Of a stretch of 37,039 bases of DNA, positions 1 through 9,291 are shown in pieces. The stretch is from Pseudomonadales bacterium (lineage in GTDB: Bacteria > Pseudomonadota > Gammaproteobacteria > Pseudomonadales > UBA7434): positions 1 to 37,039 of the forward strand of contig JBATGO010000023.1 in the NCBI GenBank assembly GCA_049665845.1, written 5' to 3'. The number at the start of each line of letters is the position of its first letter. The stretch's first letter is position 1. The notes under the pieces were generated by a model that did no database searches, had not been told where the DNA came from, and was given only the letters and a program-made list of their open reading frames with translations. Made by a program: the position numbers and the translations under genes.

Positions 1-1
1 C

Positions 2-835
2 ACCCTGATTGAGGGGCAGTCGCTACGATTGCTGTCGCTCACCGCGACGACGACTGACGACTGGCGCCTCGCGGAAGTGGAGTATTTGCTGCGCCTCGCC
101 AACCAGCGAATTTTGACCTCGAAAGACGGACGCACCGCGCTGAACCTGTTGAACGCAGCCGATGACATCCTGGTTGAACTCGGCGACCCGCGACTTTACG
201 AGCTGCGCGAGGCCATCGCCAACGACCGCGCGGCCCTGTCGCTGGTTGGCCAGACCGATCTCGATGGCGTGTTCCTGCAACTTGCTGCACTGGCCGCGCA
301 GATAGATAAGCTGCCGCTGCTCAGCGTGCCCGACTTTTCCATGCGCGCAGCCGCTGCAGAGCCCAACGCTGACGCGATCCCTGTTGTCCAGGGCCGGCGC
401 CAGGGCCTTGCCGGCCGGTTTGGCGAAATCGCCCGCTCAACCTGGGCCGAGCTCAAAAGCCTGGTGGTGATACAGCGCAGCGACGCGTCGGTCAGGCCGC
501 TGCTGCCACCGGAGCAACAGTATTACCTGCGCAATAACCTGCGCCTGTTGATCAACCAGGCGCAGCTCGCATTGCTGGATGGCAGGCAGGCGCCCTACCG
601 TGAAAGCCTGGCCAACGCGGTGGGTTGGCTGGAGGACTATTTCCCGATGCAGGAAGCGGCCAATCGCGCCGTCACCGCAACACTGGCAGAACTTTCCGGG
701 CTGGCGATCTCGGCCGAATACCCCGATGTCAGCGCTTCGCTGCTCGCCATCAAGGCCTTCATTGCCGAACAGCACCGGCTCGACAAGTCCGGGCAAAATA
801 AAAGCGGTAAGGCCTCGGCCGGAGCAAAACCGTGA
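2..835 (+). CDS. hemX: HemX-like protein (uroporphyrinogen-III C-methyltransferase-like membrane protein), 5' partial
   Basis: The frame of ORF 29..835 stays open back to nt 2, so the N-terminus lies outside the window. The translation (DWRLAEVEYLLRLANQRIL...LYELREAIANDRAAL...YYLRNNLRLLINQAQLALL) looks like the HemX C-terminal region. The stop overlaps the hemY GTG start (GTGA). Confidence 0.8.
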   Translation, partial: TLIEGQSLRLLSLTATTTDDWRLAEVEYLLRLANQRILTSKDGRTALNLLNAADDILVELGDPRLYELREAIANDRAALSLVGQTDLDGVFLQLAALAAQIDKLPLLSVPDFSMRAAAAEPNADAIPVVQGRRQGLAGRFGEIARSTWAELKSLVVIQRSDASVRPLLPPEQQYYLRNNLRLLINQAQLALLDGRQAPYRESLANAVGWLEDYFPMQEAANRAVTATLAELSGLAISAEYPDVSASLLAIKAFIAEQHRLDKSGQNKSGKASAGAKP

Positions 836-2109
836 GAGGCCTGCTACTGGTTTTTGTCGTCACCTTGCTGGCGATGCTGGCAAGCTATGCGATGCTGGCG
901 CGCGGCGACGGTTATGTGTTGCTCTCCGTGGGTGGCTACACAATCGAAACGCCTTTCGTGATTGCGGTGCTGTCGGTATTGCTGCTGTTTCTCGCGCTTT
1001 CTGTATTTATTGCACTGTTGCGCGCGTTACTCGGTACGCGTCGCAGTGTGCTTGGCTGGGCCAGCAACCAGCGCCGGCAGAAGGGGCTCAATCGCACCAC
1101 GCAGGGGTTAATCGCATTTGTCGAGGGCCGCTGGGATTTTGCCAGGCGTTCGCTGGCCAAGGCCGCCGACAGCTCATCCACTCCGCTGGTTAACTATCTT
1201 TTTGCTGCACGTGCGAGTTCCGCCATCGGTGATGCCAAAGCGGTGGACGGCTTTCTCAAACAGGCAGAATTGTCAACCGAGGGTGCCGGCGTTGCGATCG
1301 GGCTTACCCAGGCCGAGTTGCAAATCCAGAACGGACAGTACGAGCAGGCGCTGGCTACTTTGCTGCGCGTAAAAGAGCAGGCAAACAACCACCCGCTGGT
1401 TTTAAAACTGCTTGCCCGCGTTTATACCGAACTACGCGACTGGCAACAGTTACTGAAACTGCTGCCCTCACTGCGACAGGTGAAAGGTGGTGGCCTGGTT
1501 GAAAGTGAAATTGCAGCACTGGAGCATTCCGCCTGCCGGGAAATGCTGCGCGATGCAGTGAAAAAAGGCGGCTATGAGGCGCTGTCCAATAGCTGGAAAC
1601 AGTTGCCTGCTGCAATTAAAAAACGCGCGGCGGTAGTTGCAGATTATGCAGGGCAACTCATTGCACAGGGCCAGCTGGTTGAGGCAGAGGCCGTGGTGCG
1701 CAACCAGTTGCATCGCCTTTACGACACGGATCTCGCAGAAATTTACGGGCGCACGTTAGCCGATCGACCGGAACGGCAACTCGCTTTTGCCGAGAAGCTG
1801 CTGAAGGCGCATGCTGAAGATGCAAAACTTCTGCTTGCGCTGGCGCGTATTTGCGCGCGTATGAACCGGCTCGAAGAGGCCGAAAAATACCTGCAAAAGA
1901 GCATCGCGCTCGAGGAACAGGCAGTTACCTGGGCGGAGTTGGCCAACCTGCATGTGGCGCGCGGCGATTATCGTGCCAGTGCAGAATGTTATGCGCGCGG
2001 GGCCGCGTTGCAAAGCGGTGCGAACCGGCCGTTACTGTTGCCGCTGGTTGCTGCGCAGGGGCCGGATGATGGCAGTGAAATTGCTGCGGGCGCGCAGGCT
2101 GCAAGTTAG
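832..2109 (+). CDS. hemY: HemY-like protein (two N-terminal TM helices plus TPR-like repeats)
   Basis: 425-aa ORF with a GTG start overlapping the hemX stop. It has an N-terminal hydrophobic pair (LLLVFVVTLLAMLASYAML / VIAVLSVLLLFLALSVFIALL) followed by helical TPR-like repeats. It sits in the conserved position after hemX. Confidence 0.85.
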   Translation: MRGLLLVFVVTLLAMLASYAMLARGDGYVLLSVGGYTIETPFVIAVLSVLLLFLALSVFIALLRALLGTRRSVLGWASNQRRQKGLNRTTQGLIAFVEGRWDFARRSLAKAADSSSTPLVNYLFAARASSAIGDAKAVDGFLKQAELSTEGAGVAIGLTQAELQIQNGQYEQALATLLRVKEQANNHPLVLKLLARVYTELRDWQQLLKLLPSLRQVKGGGLVESEIAALEHSACREMLRDAVKKGGYEALSNSWKQLPAAIKKRAAVVADYAGQLIAQGQLVEAEAVVRNQLHRLYDTDLAEIYGRTLADRPERQLAFAEKLLKAHAEDAKLLLALARICARMNRLEEAEKYLQKSIALEEQAVTWAELANLHVARGDYRASAECYARGAALQSGANRPLLLPLVAAQGPDDGSEIAAGAQAAS

Positions 2110-2276
2110 CCGGTTGATGTCGCGAACTGGCAGTTGCTGGCTCGGTGGGGAGCTGATATGCCGCCATGACCGTCCGGCGACAGGACGTCGCCGGCGAGCG
2201 TACACGGATGTATTTACAGCGTGTCATGGCGGCGTGTCAGTTCTCCATCGAGCACGTGCTTCGCTGTGGCGCTATA

Positions 2277-3371
2277 TCATCTGGTTTTTTTATCCTGCGC
2301 CCGATTTTCCAGTTCCCGAAGTGCCCAGTCGACATGCTCGCGCAGCAGCGGTGAAAAATCCCGGCGCGCACGCAGTGCATTGATCACCCCTTCGGTTTTA
2401 TTTCCGTTACCGAGGCCGATTGCCAAATTGCGCAGCCAGCGCTCGTAACCGATGCGGCGAATCGGCGAGCCTGCAGTGCGTTGCTCGAAAGTTGCCGCGT
2501 CCCACATAAACAGGTCGAGCATGTCACTGTCGTTGAGTCCGTGTCGTGGTTTGTAATCCTCCTCGTCGGTAGGGCGAGCAAATTTATTCCACGGGCAAAC
2601 CAGCTGGCAGTCGTCGCAGCCAAATACGCGGTTACCGATTGCCGTCCTGAACTGTTCGGGGATTGCGCCCCTGAGCTCAATCGTCAGGTAGGAGATGCAT
2701 TTGCGCGCATCCAGCTCGAAAGGCCCGGTAAATGCCTGCGTCGGGCAGATATCCATGCAGGCGGTACAACTGCCGCAGTGATTGTCGGGCTCCGGTTTAT
2801 CGGATGGCAACTCAAGCTGGGTGAATAGTTCGCCGAGGAAAAACCAGGAGCCCGCGCGGGAGTTGATCAGCATGGTGTTCTTGCCGATCCAGCCAAGTCC
2901 TGCGCGCTCGGCGCAACCGCGCTCGAGTACCGGCGCGCTGTCGACAAATGGCCGCAGCTCACCGGCAGCGCCGCTGTTGCGAATACGCGCCGCCAATTTG
3001 GCGAGTCGCCGCCGCATGGTCTTGTGGTAATCGCGGCCCATCGCGTAGCGCGCAATGTAGGCGCGTTCAGGGTGGTCGAGCAGAGCAAGCGGTTCGCTAG
3101 CGGGTGGCAGGTAATCCATGCGCACTGAAATAATGCTCTTTACACCGGGGAACAGCGTTTCGGGTTCCGCGCGCAAGGATTCGCGATCCGCCATATAGGA
3201 CATTTCGCCGTGGTAATCCTTTGCCAGCCATGCGCGCAGGTAATCTGCATGGCGAGCAGGCGCGGGCGCGCAAATGCCCAGCTGCTGGAAGCCGAGCTCC
3301 GCCCCCCAGCTTTTGATTTGTGCGGCCAGTTCGGCATTATTTGCCCGGTCTTCACAACTGCTGTGTGTCAT
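2277..3371 (-). CDS. queG: Epoxyqueuosine reductase QueG
   Basis: 364-aa ORF with two ferredoxin-type cluster motifs (CGSCTACMDICPT and CDDCQLVCPWN). The N-terminal region is QueG-like (YLRAWLAKDYHGEMSYM). Confidence 0.9.
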   Translation of the reverse strand: MTHSSCEDRANNAELAAQIKSWGAELGFQQLGICAPAPARHADYLRAWLAKDYHGEMSYMADRESLRAEPETLFPGVKSIISVRMDYLPPASEPLALLDHPERAYIARYAMGRDYHKTMRRRLAKLAARIRNSGAAGELRPFVDSAPVLERGCAERAGLGWIGKNTMLINSRAGSWFFLGELFTQLELPSDKPEPDNHCGSCTACMDICPTQAFTGPFELDARKCISYLTIELRGAIPEQFRTAIGNRVFGCDDCQLVCPWNKFARPTDEEDYKPRHGLNDSDMLDLFMWDAATFEQRTAGSPIRRIGYERWLRNLAIGLGNGNKTEGVINALRARRDFSPLLREHVDWALRELENRAQDKKTR

Positions 3372-3504
3372 TGCCAGTCATCCGCCACTGTGAAAGGTTC
3401 CTGCCTGTGCGCACATGGCATGAATCGCGCGCTGGACATTGCGTGCAAGCGCGCGATAGGCAATTGTTGCCGACAAATGCGCGCAGTCACCGTGAGCCGC
3501 CACG

Positions 3505-3510
3505 TATAAT
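3505..3510 (+). promoter_or_regulatory. Candidate sigma70 -10 hexamer (TATAAT) upstream of nnr
   Basis: Perfect TATAAT lies 33 nt upstream of the GTG at 3543. I found no good -35 element at 16-18 nt spacing. Confidence 0.3.
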
Positions 3511-3542
3511 ACTGTCAGATCAACCGCGCCGATGTAAGCAAT

Positions 3543-5123
3543 GTGACGAAACAATATGCTGCGGGTTCACCGCAAGCCGGGCCACGCGGCGGGAACATGT
3601 TAAACAAATTCTCTTCCAGAGCCTTGTATACCGCCGCGCAATTGCGCGAAATAGACAGGCTCGCGATAGCAGCCGGCACGCCTGGCGTGGTACTTATGCG
3701 CAGGGCTGCGGAGGCGGCGTGGCAGGCGGCGGAGCGATACCTGCAAGATAGCCTGGCCGTAGCCTGCAAAGATATTGTGGTGCTTTGCGGTGCGGGCAAC
3801 AACGGTGGTGACGCATTCCTGGTGGCGCGTGCCGCGAAGGCCAGTGGAGCAGCGGTTAAGGTATTCGCATTTGCCGATTCGCGCGGCGATGCGGCTACCG
3901 CGCGCGCGGCGTTGCAAGGCGATGGCGTGACAGTACAAAGTCATGCACAGCTTGACGCTGCGACGCTTGCCACGGCCGACCTGGTGGTCGACGGCCTGCT
4001 CGGTACCGGCGCGGCAGGGCCACCGAGGGACAGCTATGCGGCAGCTATAGCGCTGGTCAACGCTGCTTGCAGGCCGGTGCTGGCGCTGGACATTCCTTCC
4101 GGAATTTGCGCCGATTCGGGCCGGCTGCTCGGCGCAGCGGCGATTTGCGCCGACCTTACCGTCGCCTTTATCGGTTTCAAGCGCGGCCTCTTTACCGACG
4201 CTGCCACCGAGCACGTCGGTACACTGGTACTTGCCACGCTCGGCGTTGATTGTGCGGCCTACCCGGTAACCAGTAGCGCAGCACTGTGCGATTTCGATGC
4301 GCTGGAGCAGCGATTGCCCGCGCGTAAAGCCAACCATTATAAAAACCGTTCCGGCCACGTGCTGGTGATAGGCGGCGATTACGGTATGGCCGGTGCAGTG
4401 ATCCTGGCCGGGCGCGCCGCCATGTTGTGTGGTGCCGGGCTGGTCAGTGTGGCCACGCGAACCGAACACGTCGCCGCCGTAGTCGCTGCACAACCTGAAT
4501 TGATGGTACACGGGATCCACAGTGCTGCAGCCCTCGCACCGCTGCTTGCGCGCGCTACCGTGCTGGTGATCGGACCGGGGCTGGGCCAGTCAGCGTGGTC
4601 GCAACAGTTGTTGCTAAAGGCTGCTGCCAGTGGCATTCCCGCCGTGGTCGATGCCGATGCGCTCAACCTGGTCGCAGCAAACTGCAAGTTATTGCCATGT
4701 GGCGACGCGCTGCTGACACCGCATCCGGGCGAAGCGCGCCGGCTGGCAGCGGGCTTTGCTATCGATCCCGGTACGGACCGCTTTGAGTTAGCAGGCGCGC
4801 TGCAGCGCAGCAGTGCAAAAAACCTGCTGTTAAAAGGAGCAGGAACGATTATTGCGAACAGCGATCAAATGCGGCTTTGTCCCTACGGGCATCCGGTGCT
4901 CGCAACCGCAGGTAGCGGCGATGTACTGAGCGGTGTCGCGGCGGCGCTGCTCGCGCAGGGTATGTCGATGCACGAAGCGGCGCAGCTGGCCGCCTGCCTG
5001 CACGCGCATGCAGGCGAGCAATGGGCCGCGCGGCATGGCGCGCGCGGTATGCTCGCCGGTGATTTGATTGCTGTGATCCGCGAGCTGCTAAACGATGCCA
5101 GCCCGCACGGGTCGCCGCAGTGA
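3543..5123 (+). CDS. nnr: Bifunctional NAD(P)H-hydrate repair enzyme Nnr (YjeF: epimerase plus ADP-dependent dehydratase)
   Basis: 526-aa ORF. The N-terminal YjeF_N-like part contains VLCGAGNNGGD; the C-terminal carbohydrate-kinase-like part contains LLKGAGTIIA...ATAGSGDVLSG. The start is uncertain: GTG 3543 or ATG 3597 (MLNKFSS...). Confidence 0.9.
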   Translation: MTKQYAAGSPQAGPRGGNMLNKFSSRALYTAAQLREIDRLAIAAGTPGVVLMRRAAEAAWQAAERYLQDSLAVACKDIVVLCGAGNNGGDAFLVARAAKASGAAVKVFAFADSRGDAATARAALQGDGVTVQSHAQLDAATLATADLVVDGLLGTGAAGPPRDSYAAAIALVNAACRPVLALDIPSGICADSGRLLGAAAICADLTVAFIGFKRGLFTDAATEHVGTLVLATLGVDCAAYPVTSSAALCDFDALEQRLPARKANHYKNRSGHVLVIGGDYGMAGAVILAGRAAMLCGAGLVSVATRTEHVAAVVAAQPELMVHGIHSAAALAPLLARATVLVIGPGLGQSAWSQQLLLKAAASGIPAVVDADALNLVAANCKLLPCGDALLTPHPGEARRLAAGFAIDPGTDRFELAGALQRSSAKNLLLKGAGTIIANSDQMRLCPYGHPVLATAGSGDVLSGVAAALLAQGMSMHEAAQLAACLHAHAGEQWAARHGARGMLAGDLIAVIRELLNDASPHGSPQ

Positions 5124-5836
5124 ACATACTGGAAGCAGAAAAGCATATGGCTTGCCTGCTGGCAGATGAAGCGCAGACCATTGCTTTTGGCGCTGTGCTG
5201 GCGCGGGCGCTGGATGCGCTCGAACCACGATGTAGCAGTACGGTCATTTACCTGCACGGTGGTCTCGGTGCCGGCAAGACCACACTGTGTCGTGGCCTGG
5301 TGCAGGCTTGCGGTCACCGGGGTGCCGTGAAAAGCCCGACTTTTACCCTGGTAGAGCCTTATCAACTGCCTGTGCGGTCGGTTTACCATTTCGACCTCTT
5401 CCGGCTAACTGCAGCCGATGAGTTTGATTATATCGGCGTCGACAACTACTTTGATGAGCCGGGCGCTGTTTGCCTGGTTGAGTGGCCCGAGCGTGCAAGT
5501 GGGGTATTGCCCGCTGCCGACCTGGCCATTGCACTATGCGATGGTGAAACGATGGCGAATGAAAACGCAGCAGATGGTGAAACCTTGCAAAGACCGGCTA
5601 TGCGAAATACCGAAGCCCCCGATGCGAGCCTACCGGGCATGACAATCCGGAATCCTGCTTCAGAATCGGCGCAAAATCTGCGCGCAGAAAATTTCGCGGC
5701 GCAACTCACGACGCGGCAATTGCTGGTGAGTGCGCGCAGCGCACACGGTAAGGCACTGCTGGAAGCGCTGGTGACGTGTGCCGCGCAGTCGGGCGTCGTT
5801 GGGCTGGCAGCAATGCCGGGGCAGTCCACCGAATAA
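5120..5836 (+). CDS. tsaE: tRNA t6A37 biosynthesis ATPase TsaE (YjeE) with an unusual internal/C-terminal extension
   Basis: P-loop GGLGAGKTTLCRGL plus SPTFTLVEPY...YHFDLFRL...VCLVEWPE match TsaE hallmarks. GTG 5120 overlaps the nnr stop (GTGA); ATG 5147 is an alternative start. At 238 aa it is about 85 aa longer than E. coli TsaE (153 aa, from memory). Confidence 0.85.
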   Translation: MNILEAEKHMACLLADEAQTIAFGAVLARALDALEPRCSSTVIYLHGGLGAGKTTLCRGLVQACGHRGAVKSPTFTLVEPYQLPVRSVYHFDLFRLTAADEFDYIGVDNYFDEPGAVCLVEWPERASGVLPAADLAIALCDGETMANENAADGETLQRPAMRNTEAPDASLPGMTIRNPASESAQNLRAENFAAQLTTRQLLVSARSAHGKALLEALVTCAAQSGVVGLAAMPGQSTE

Positions 5837-7320
5837 TGTCCTCATTTTTTACAGCCCGCACCACTGCAGCCGGTCTCTGCAAAACGGGACAGCGCTACGA
5901 AAACAGGACAACGCGCGCAAGCGCTGCGCTGCGCGCACTCGGCCCCGCTTTGCTTGTATTGTCGCTGCTGCTCGGTTACGCAAGCCTGGCCTCGGCCAGG
6001 GAAGAGCAATCCGCAGCCATTGAGGCGGTGCGGGTCTGGCGTGCCCCTGATCACACCCGTGTAGTACTGGATTTATCCGCGCCGGTGCAATACAAATATT
6101 TTTCGCTCGCTAATCCCGAGCGCGTGGTGATTGACTTGCAGCGCGCACGTTCGGCCACGCAATTGCATAAAGTTGATTTGCAGGGTACGCGGTTGCGCAA
6201 TCTGCGCGGTGCAGCGCGCGACGATAGCAGCTTCCGGTTGGTGCTCGACACCAGCGGCAAGTTGCGCCCGGAAATTTTTGCCCTCGCAGCGAATGCGCAG
6301 TACAGCGAGCGGCTGGTTATCGACCTGTTCGATCCCGATGCGCAACCAGCCAGGCTGCAGACCAGTGAGCGTGAGCAGGGCAAGCGAGACCTGGTTATTG
6401 CTATCGATGCAGGTCACGGTGGTGAAGACCCCGGTGCGCTCGGACCGCGCCGTGTGCGTGAAAAAAATGTGGTGCTGCAGATTGCACGCGAAATGCAGCG
6501 CAAGCTGGATGCAATACCGGGTTATCGCGCGGTGCTGGTGCGCGACGGCGATTACTACGTCGGCCTGCGCAAGCGCCGCGATCTTGCGCGCCAGTACCAG
6601 GCCGACCTGTTCCTGTCGATTCACGCCGATGCATTCAAGGACAGGAAAGTCAGTGGCGCATCGGTGTATACGCTGTCGCAGAGCGGCGCTTCCAGCGCCT
6701 CGGCACGTTTCCTGGCCGACTCCGAAAACAAGGCCGATCGCATTGGCGGGGTTGATCTTTCCGACAAGGACGACATGCTCGCGAGCGTTCTGCTTGATCT
6801 CAGTATGACCGCGACGCTGGACGCCAGCGCGCGCGTCGGGCGGGAAATTCTCGGCCAGCTGGGCCATGTATCGAAGCTGCACAAACCCGGTGTGGAACAC
6901 GCCGGCTTCGCGGTGCTCAAATCGCCGGATATTCCCTCGGTGCTGGTCGAGACCGGATTTATCTCGAATCCCGGCGAGGCGCAGCGCCTGTCCACTGCGA
7001 AGCACCAGCAGCAGGTTGCCAGCGCTATTGTCAAAGGTGTGCAGGACTATTTTGCCGAACACGCCAGCGAGGGGACGCTGGTCTACTGGCAGAAGCACCA
7101 GCCACAGGGCGTGCAGGCTGCATTGGCGCAGGCCGAGCCGCAGCGCAACCAGGTGGTCGCCGGCAAGCCCCACAAATCCTACAAGGTCAGGCCCGGCGAT
7201 ACGCTGTCGGAAGTTGCACAGCAAAATCGCATCTCGCTGGCCGAGCTGCGCCGCTACAACCAGCTCAGCAATGATAAAATCCGGGTCGGGCAGGTTATCC
7301 GCATCCCGCCCGAAAGCTGA
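5836..7320 (+). CDS. amiB: N-acetylmuramoyl-L-alanine amidase (AMIN domain, Amidase_3 domain, C-terminal LysM)
   Basis: The ATG at 5836 overlaps the tsaE stop (TAATG), although the ORF is open from 5776. A signal/TM-like segment (ALLVLSLLLGYASLASA) is followed by an AMIN-like part (VRVWRAPDHTRVVLDL), an amidase core (VIAIDAGHGGEDPGA...FLSIHADA...LVETGFISNP) and a LysM-like end (YKVRPGDTLSEVAQQNRISLAELRRYN). Confidence 0.9.
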   Translation: MSSFFTARTTAAGLCKTGQRYENRTTRASAALRALGPALLVLSLLLGYASLASAREEQSAAIEAVRVWRAPDHTRVVLDLSAPVQYKYFSLANPERVVIDLQRARSATQLHKVDLQGTRLRNLRGAARDDSSFRLVLDTSGKLRPEIFALAANAQYSERLVIDLFDPDAQPARLQTSEREQGKRDLVIAIDAGHGGEDPGALGPRRVREKNVVLQIAREMQRKLDAIPGYRAVLVRDGDYYVGLRKRRDLARQYQADLFLSIHADAFKDRKVSGASVYTLSQSGASSASARFLADSENKADRIGGVDLSDKDDMLASVLLDLSMTATLDASARVGREILGQLGHVSKLHKPGVEHAGFAVLKSPDIPSVLVETGFISNPGEAQRLSTAKHQQQVASAIVKGVQDYFAEHASEGTLVYWQKHQPQGVQAALAQAEPQRNQVVAGKPHKSYKVRPGDTLSEVAQQNRISLAELRRYNQLSNDKIRVGQVIRIPPES

Positions 7321-7389
7321 GTCCACACACATCGGCATCCAACTCCAGCGGCTTTGCATCCTTACACCGGGCCTCTCGCCGGCAACACT

Positions 7390-9282
7390 ATGGCAAAAAT
7401 AAAAAAACTCGGCACCAGGCTTGCGAACCAGATTGCTGCAGGCGAAGTGGTCGACCGGCCCGCTTCGGTGCTCAAGGAGTTGCTTGAAAACAGCCTCGAC
7501 GCCAACGCGCGCACAATCGAAGTAGAGATAGAAGCAGGTGGTACACGGCGCGTACTGGTGCGCGACGACGGCGAGGGTATCCACGGCGATGACATGGCGC
7601 TCGCGCTGGATTCACATGCGACCAGCAAGATCGTCGAACTCGAAGACCTGGACGCGGTAGCTACGCTGGGATTTCGCGGCGAGGCGCTGGCCAGTATCAG
7701 TTCGGTTTCCCGCTTGCGCCTGCTCAGCAATGCAGGCGAACAGAGCAGCCAGGGCTGGGAAGCCGCCTGCGCAGGCAGGGACATGGCGGTTGAGCTCAAG
7801 CCCGCAGCGCGTCCGCGCGGTACCACTGTTGAAGTGCGCGACCTGTTTTTCAATACGCCGGCCAGGCGCAAGTTTTTGCGCACTGAAAAGACCGAGTACA
7901 ACCATCTCGAAGAAGTGTTCCGGCGCAACGCACTGGCGGCTTTCGACCGCGCGTTTGAGTTGACACACAACGGCAGGGCAATTTATTCACTGCGTGCCTG
8001 CCGAGAACGACTCGATCGCGAAAAGCGCCTCGCGCGACTGCTCGGCCAGCCTTTTATCGATAGCGCGTTGCACATCGAGACCGAAGTCAACGGCTACAGC
8101 CTGCAGGGCTGGATTGCGCAGCCCGGTTACTCGCGTAGCCAGGCCGACATGCAGTATTTCTTCGTCAACGGACGCGTAGTCAGGGACAAAACCATCGCGC
8201 ACGCGATACGGCAGGCGTACCGCGATGTGCTTTACCACGGTCGGCATCCCGCTTTCGTGCTCTATTTCCAGCTCGATCCAGCCGAAGTCGATGTCAATGT
8301 GCATCCTGCCAAGCACGAAGTACGCTTCCGCGACAGCCGCCGCGTGCATGATTTTATATACCGGCAGCTGCATCGCGTGCTGGCCGACGTGCGCCCCGGC
8401 GACGCGGTGCAGCAAGCAGTGGCGACGCCACAGGGCGATGCATTGGCGCCGCAGCAAGGCGGGCTGTCCCTGTCTGGCAATGTGAGCGGTGCTTTGGCAA
8501 CTGGCTATGTCGCGGAACACGGTGCAATGCCTGATCCGGCTGCAGGCTCAGCTGCGCAAGCTTATGCGCAACAAAACAGTGCGCGCAGTTACAGCCCCGC
8601 ACAACAGGCAGCGATGCAACGGCTGTTCGCAACCGCGCCATCGCTGCATGCAGCAGCCGCTAATGCCGCGCAAGCGCATGCTGATACCGGCACCGGCATA
8701 CCACCTTTGGGTTACGCACTGGCACAGTTAATGGGCGTTTATGTGCTGGCCGAAAATGCACAGGGACTGGTTATTATCGATATGCACGCTGCACACGAGC
8801 GCATTACCTATGAGCGCATGAAGCGCGACTGGTCTGCTTGTGCGATGCAATCGCAGCCCTTACTGGTGCCGCAATCGGTACGGGTCAGTAGTGCCGAAGC
8901 CGATAGCGCCGAGTCGGCAGGCGAAATACTCGAGCGACTCGGCCTTGCGGTGCAGCGCGGCGGCGAAGAGCTGCTGCTGCTGCGCGAAGCGCCGGTCGCG
9001 CTTGCCGGCTGCGATGCCGAACAACTGTTGCGCGATGTAATTGCGGATCTTGTGCAGCACGGCAGCAGCGAGCGTGTCGCCAACAACATCGACGACCTGC
9101 TTTCGACCATGGCCTGCCACGCGGCCGTGCGTGCCAACCGGCGCCTGACCATTCCTGAAATGAATGCACTGTTGCGCGACATGGAGGCCACCGAGCGCAG
9201 CGGGCAATGCAACCACGGTCGCCCGACATGGACGCAACTGGGTCTTGCAGAACTCGACAAGCTTTTCCTGCGCGGCCGCTAG
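7390..9282 (+). CDS. mutL: DNA mismatch repair protein MutL
   Basis: ATG 7390 gives MAKIKKLGTRLANQIAAGEVVDRPASVLKELLENSLDA, the GHKL ATPase motif I. The C-terminal dimerisation region is present. The ORF is open from 7354. Confidence 0.95.
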   Translation: MAKIKKLGTRLANQIAAGEVVDRPASVLKELLENSLDANARTIEVEIEAGGTRRVLVRDDGEGIHGDDMALALDSHATSKIVELEDLDAVATLGFRGEALASISSVSRLRLLSNAGEQSSQGWEAACAGRDMAVELKPAARPRGTTVEVRDLFFNTPARRKFLRTEKTEYNHLEEVFRRNALAAFDRAFELTHNGRAIYSLRACRERLDREKRLARLLGQPFIDSALHIETEVNGYSLQGWIAQPGYSRSQADMQYFFVNGRVVRDKTIAHAIRQAYRDVLYHGRHPAFVLYFQLDPAEVDVNVHPAKHEVRFRDSRRVHDFIYRQLHRVLADVRPGDAVQQAVATPQGDALAPQQGGLSLSGNVSGALATGYVAEHGAMPDPAAGSAAQAYAQQNSARSYSPAQQAAMQRLFATAPSLHAAAANAAQAHADTGTGIPPLGYALAQLMGVYVLAENAQGLVIIDMHAAHERITYERMKRDWSACAMQSQPLLVPQSVRVSSAEADSAESAGEILERLGLAVQRGGEELLLLREAPVALAGCDAEQLLRDVIADLVQHGSSERVANNIDDLLSTMACHAAVRANRRLTIPEMNALLRDMEATERSGQCNHGRPTWTQLGLAELDKLFLRGR

Positions 9283-9291
9283 TCAACCACC

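Noticed and set aside
6073-7584. 503-aa ORF on the minus strand, antisense to amiB and the mutL start
   Set aside because: It overlaps two genes with unambiguous family motifs. Its translation is Arg/Ala/Gly/His-rich with no recognisable motifs. Long stop-free antisense frames are expected opposite high-GC3 genes.
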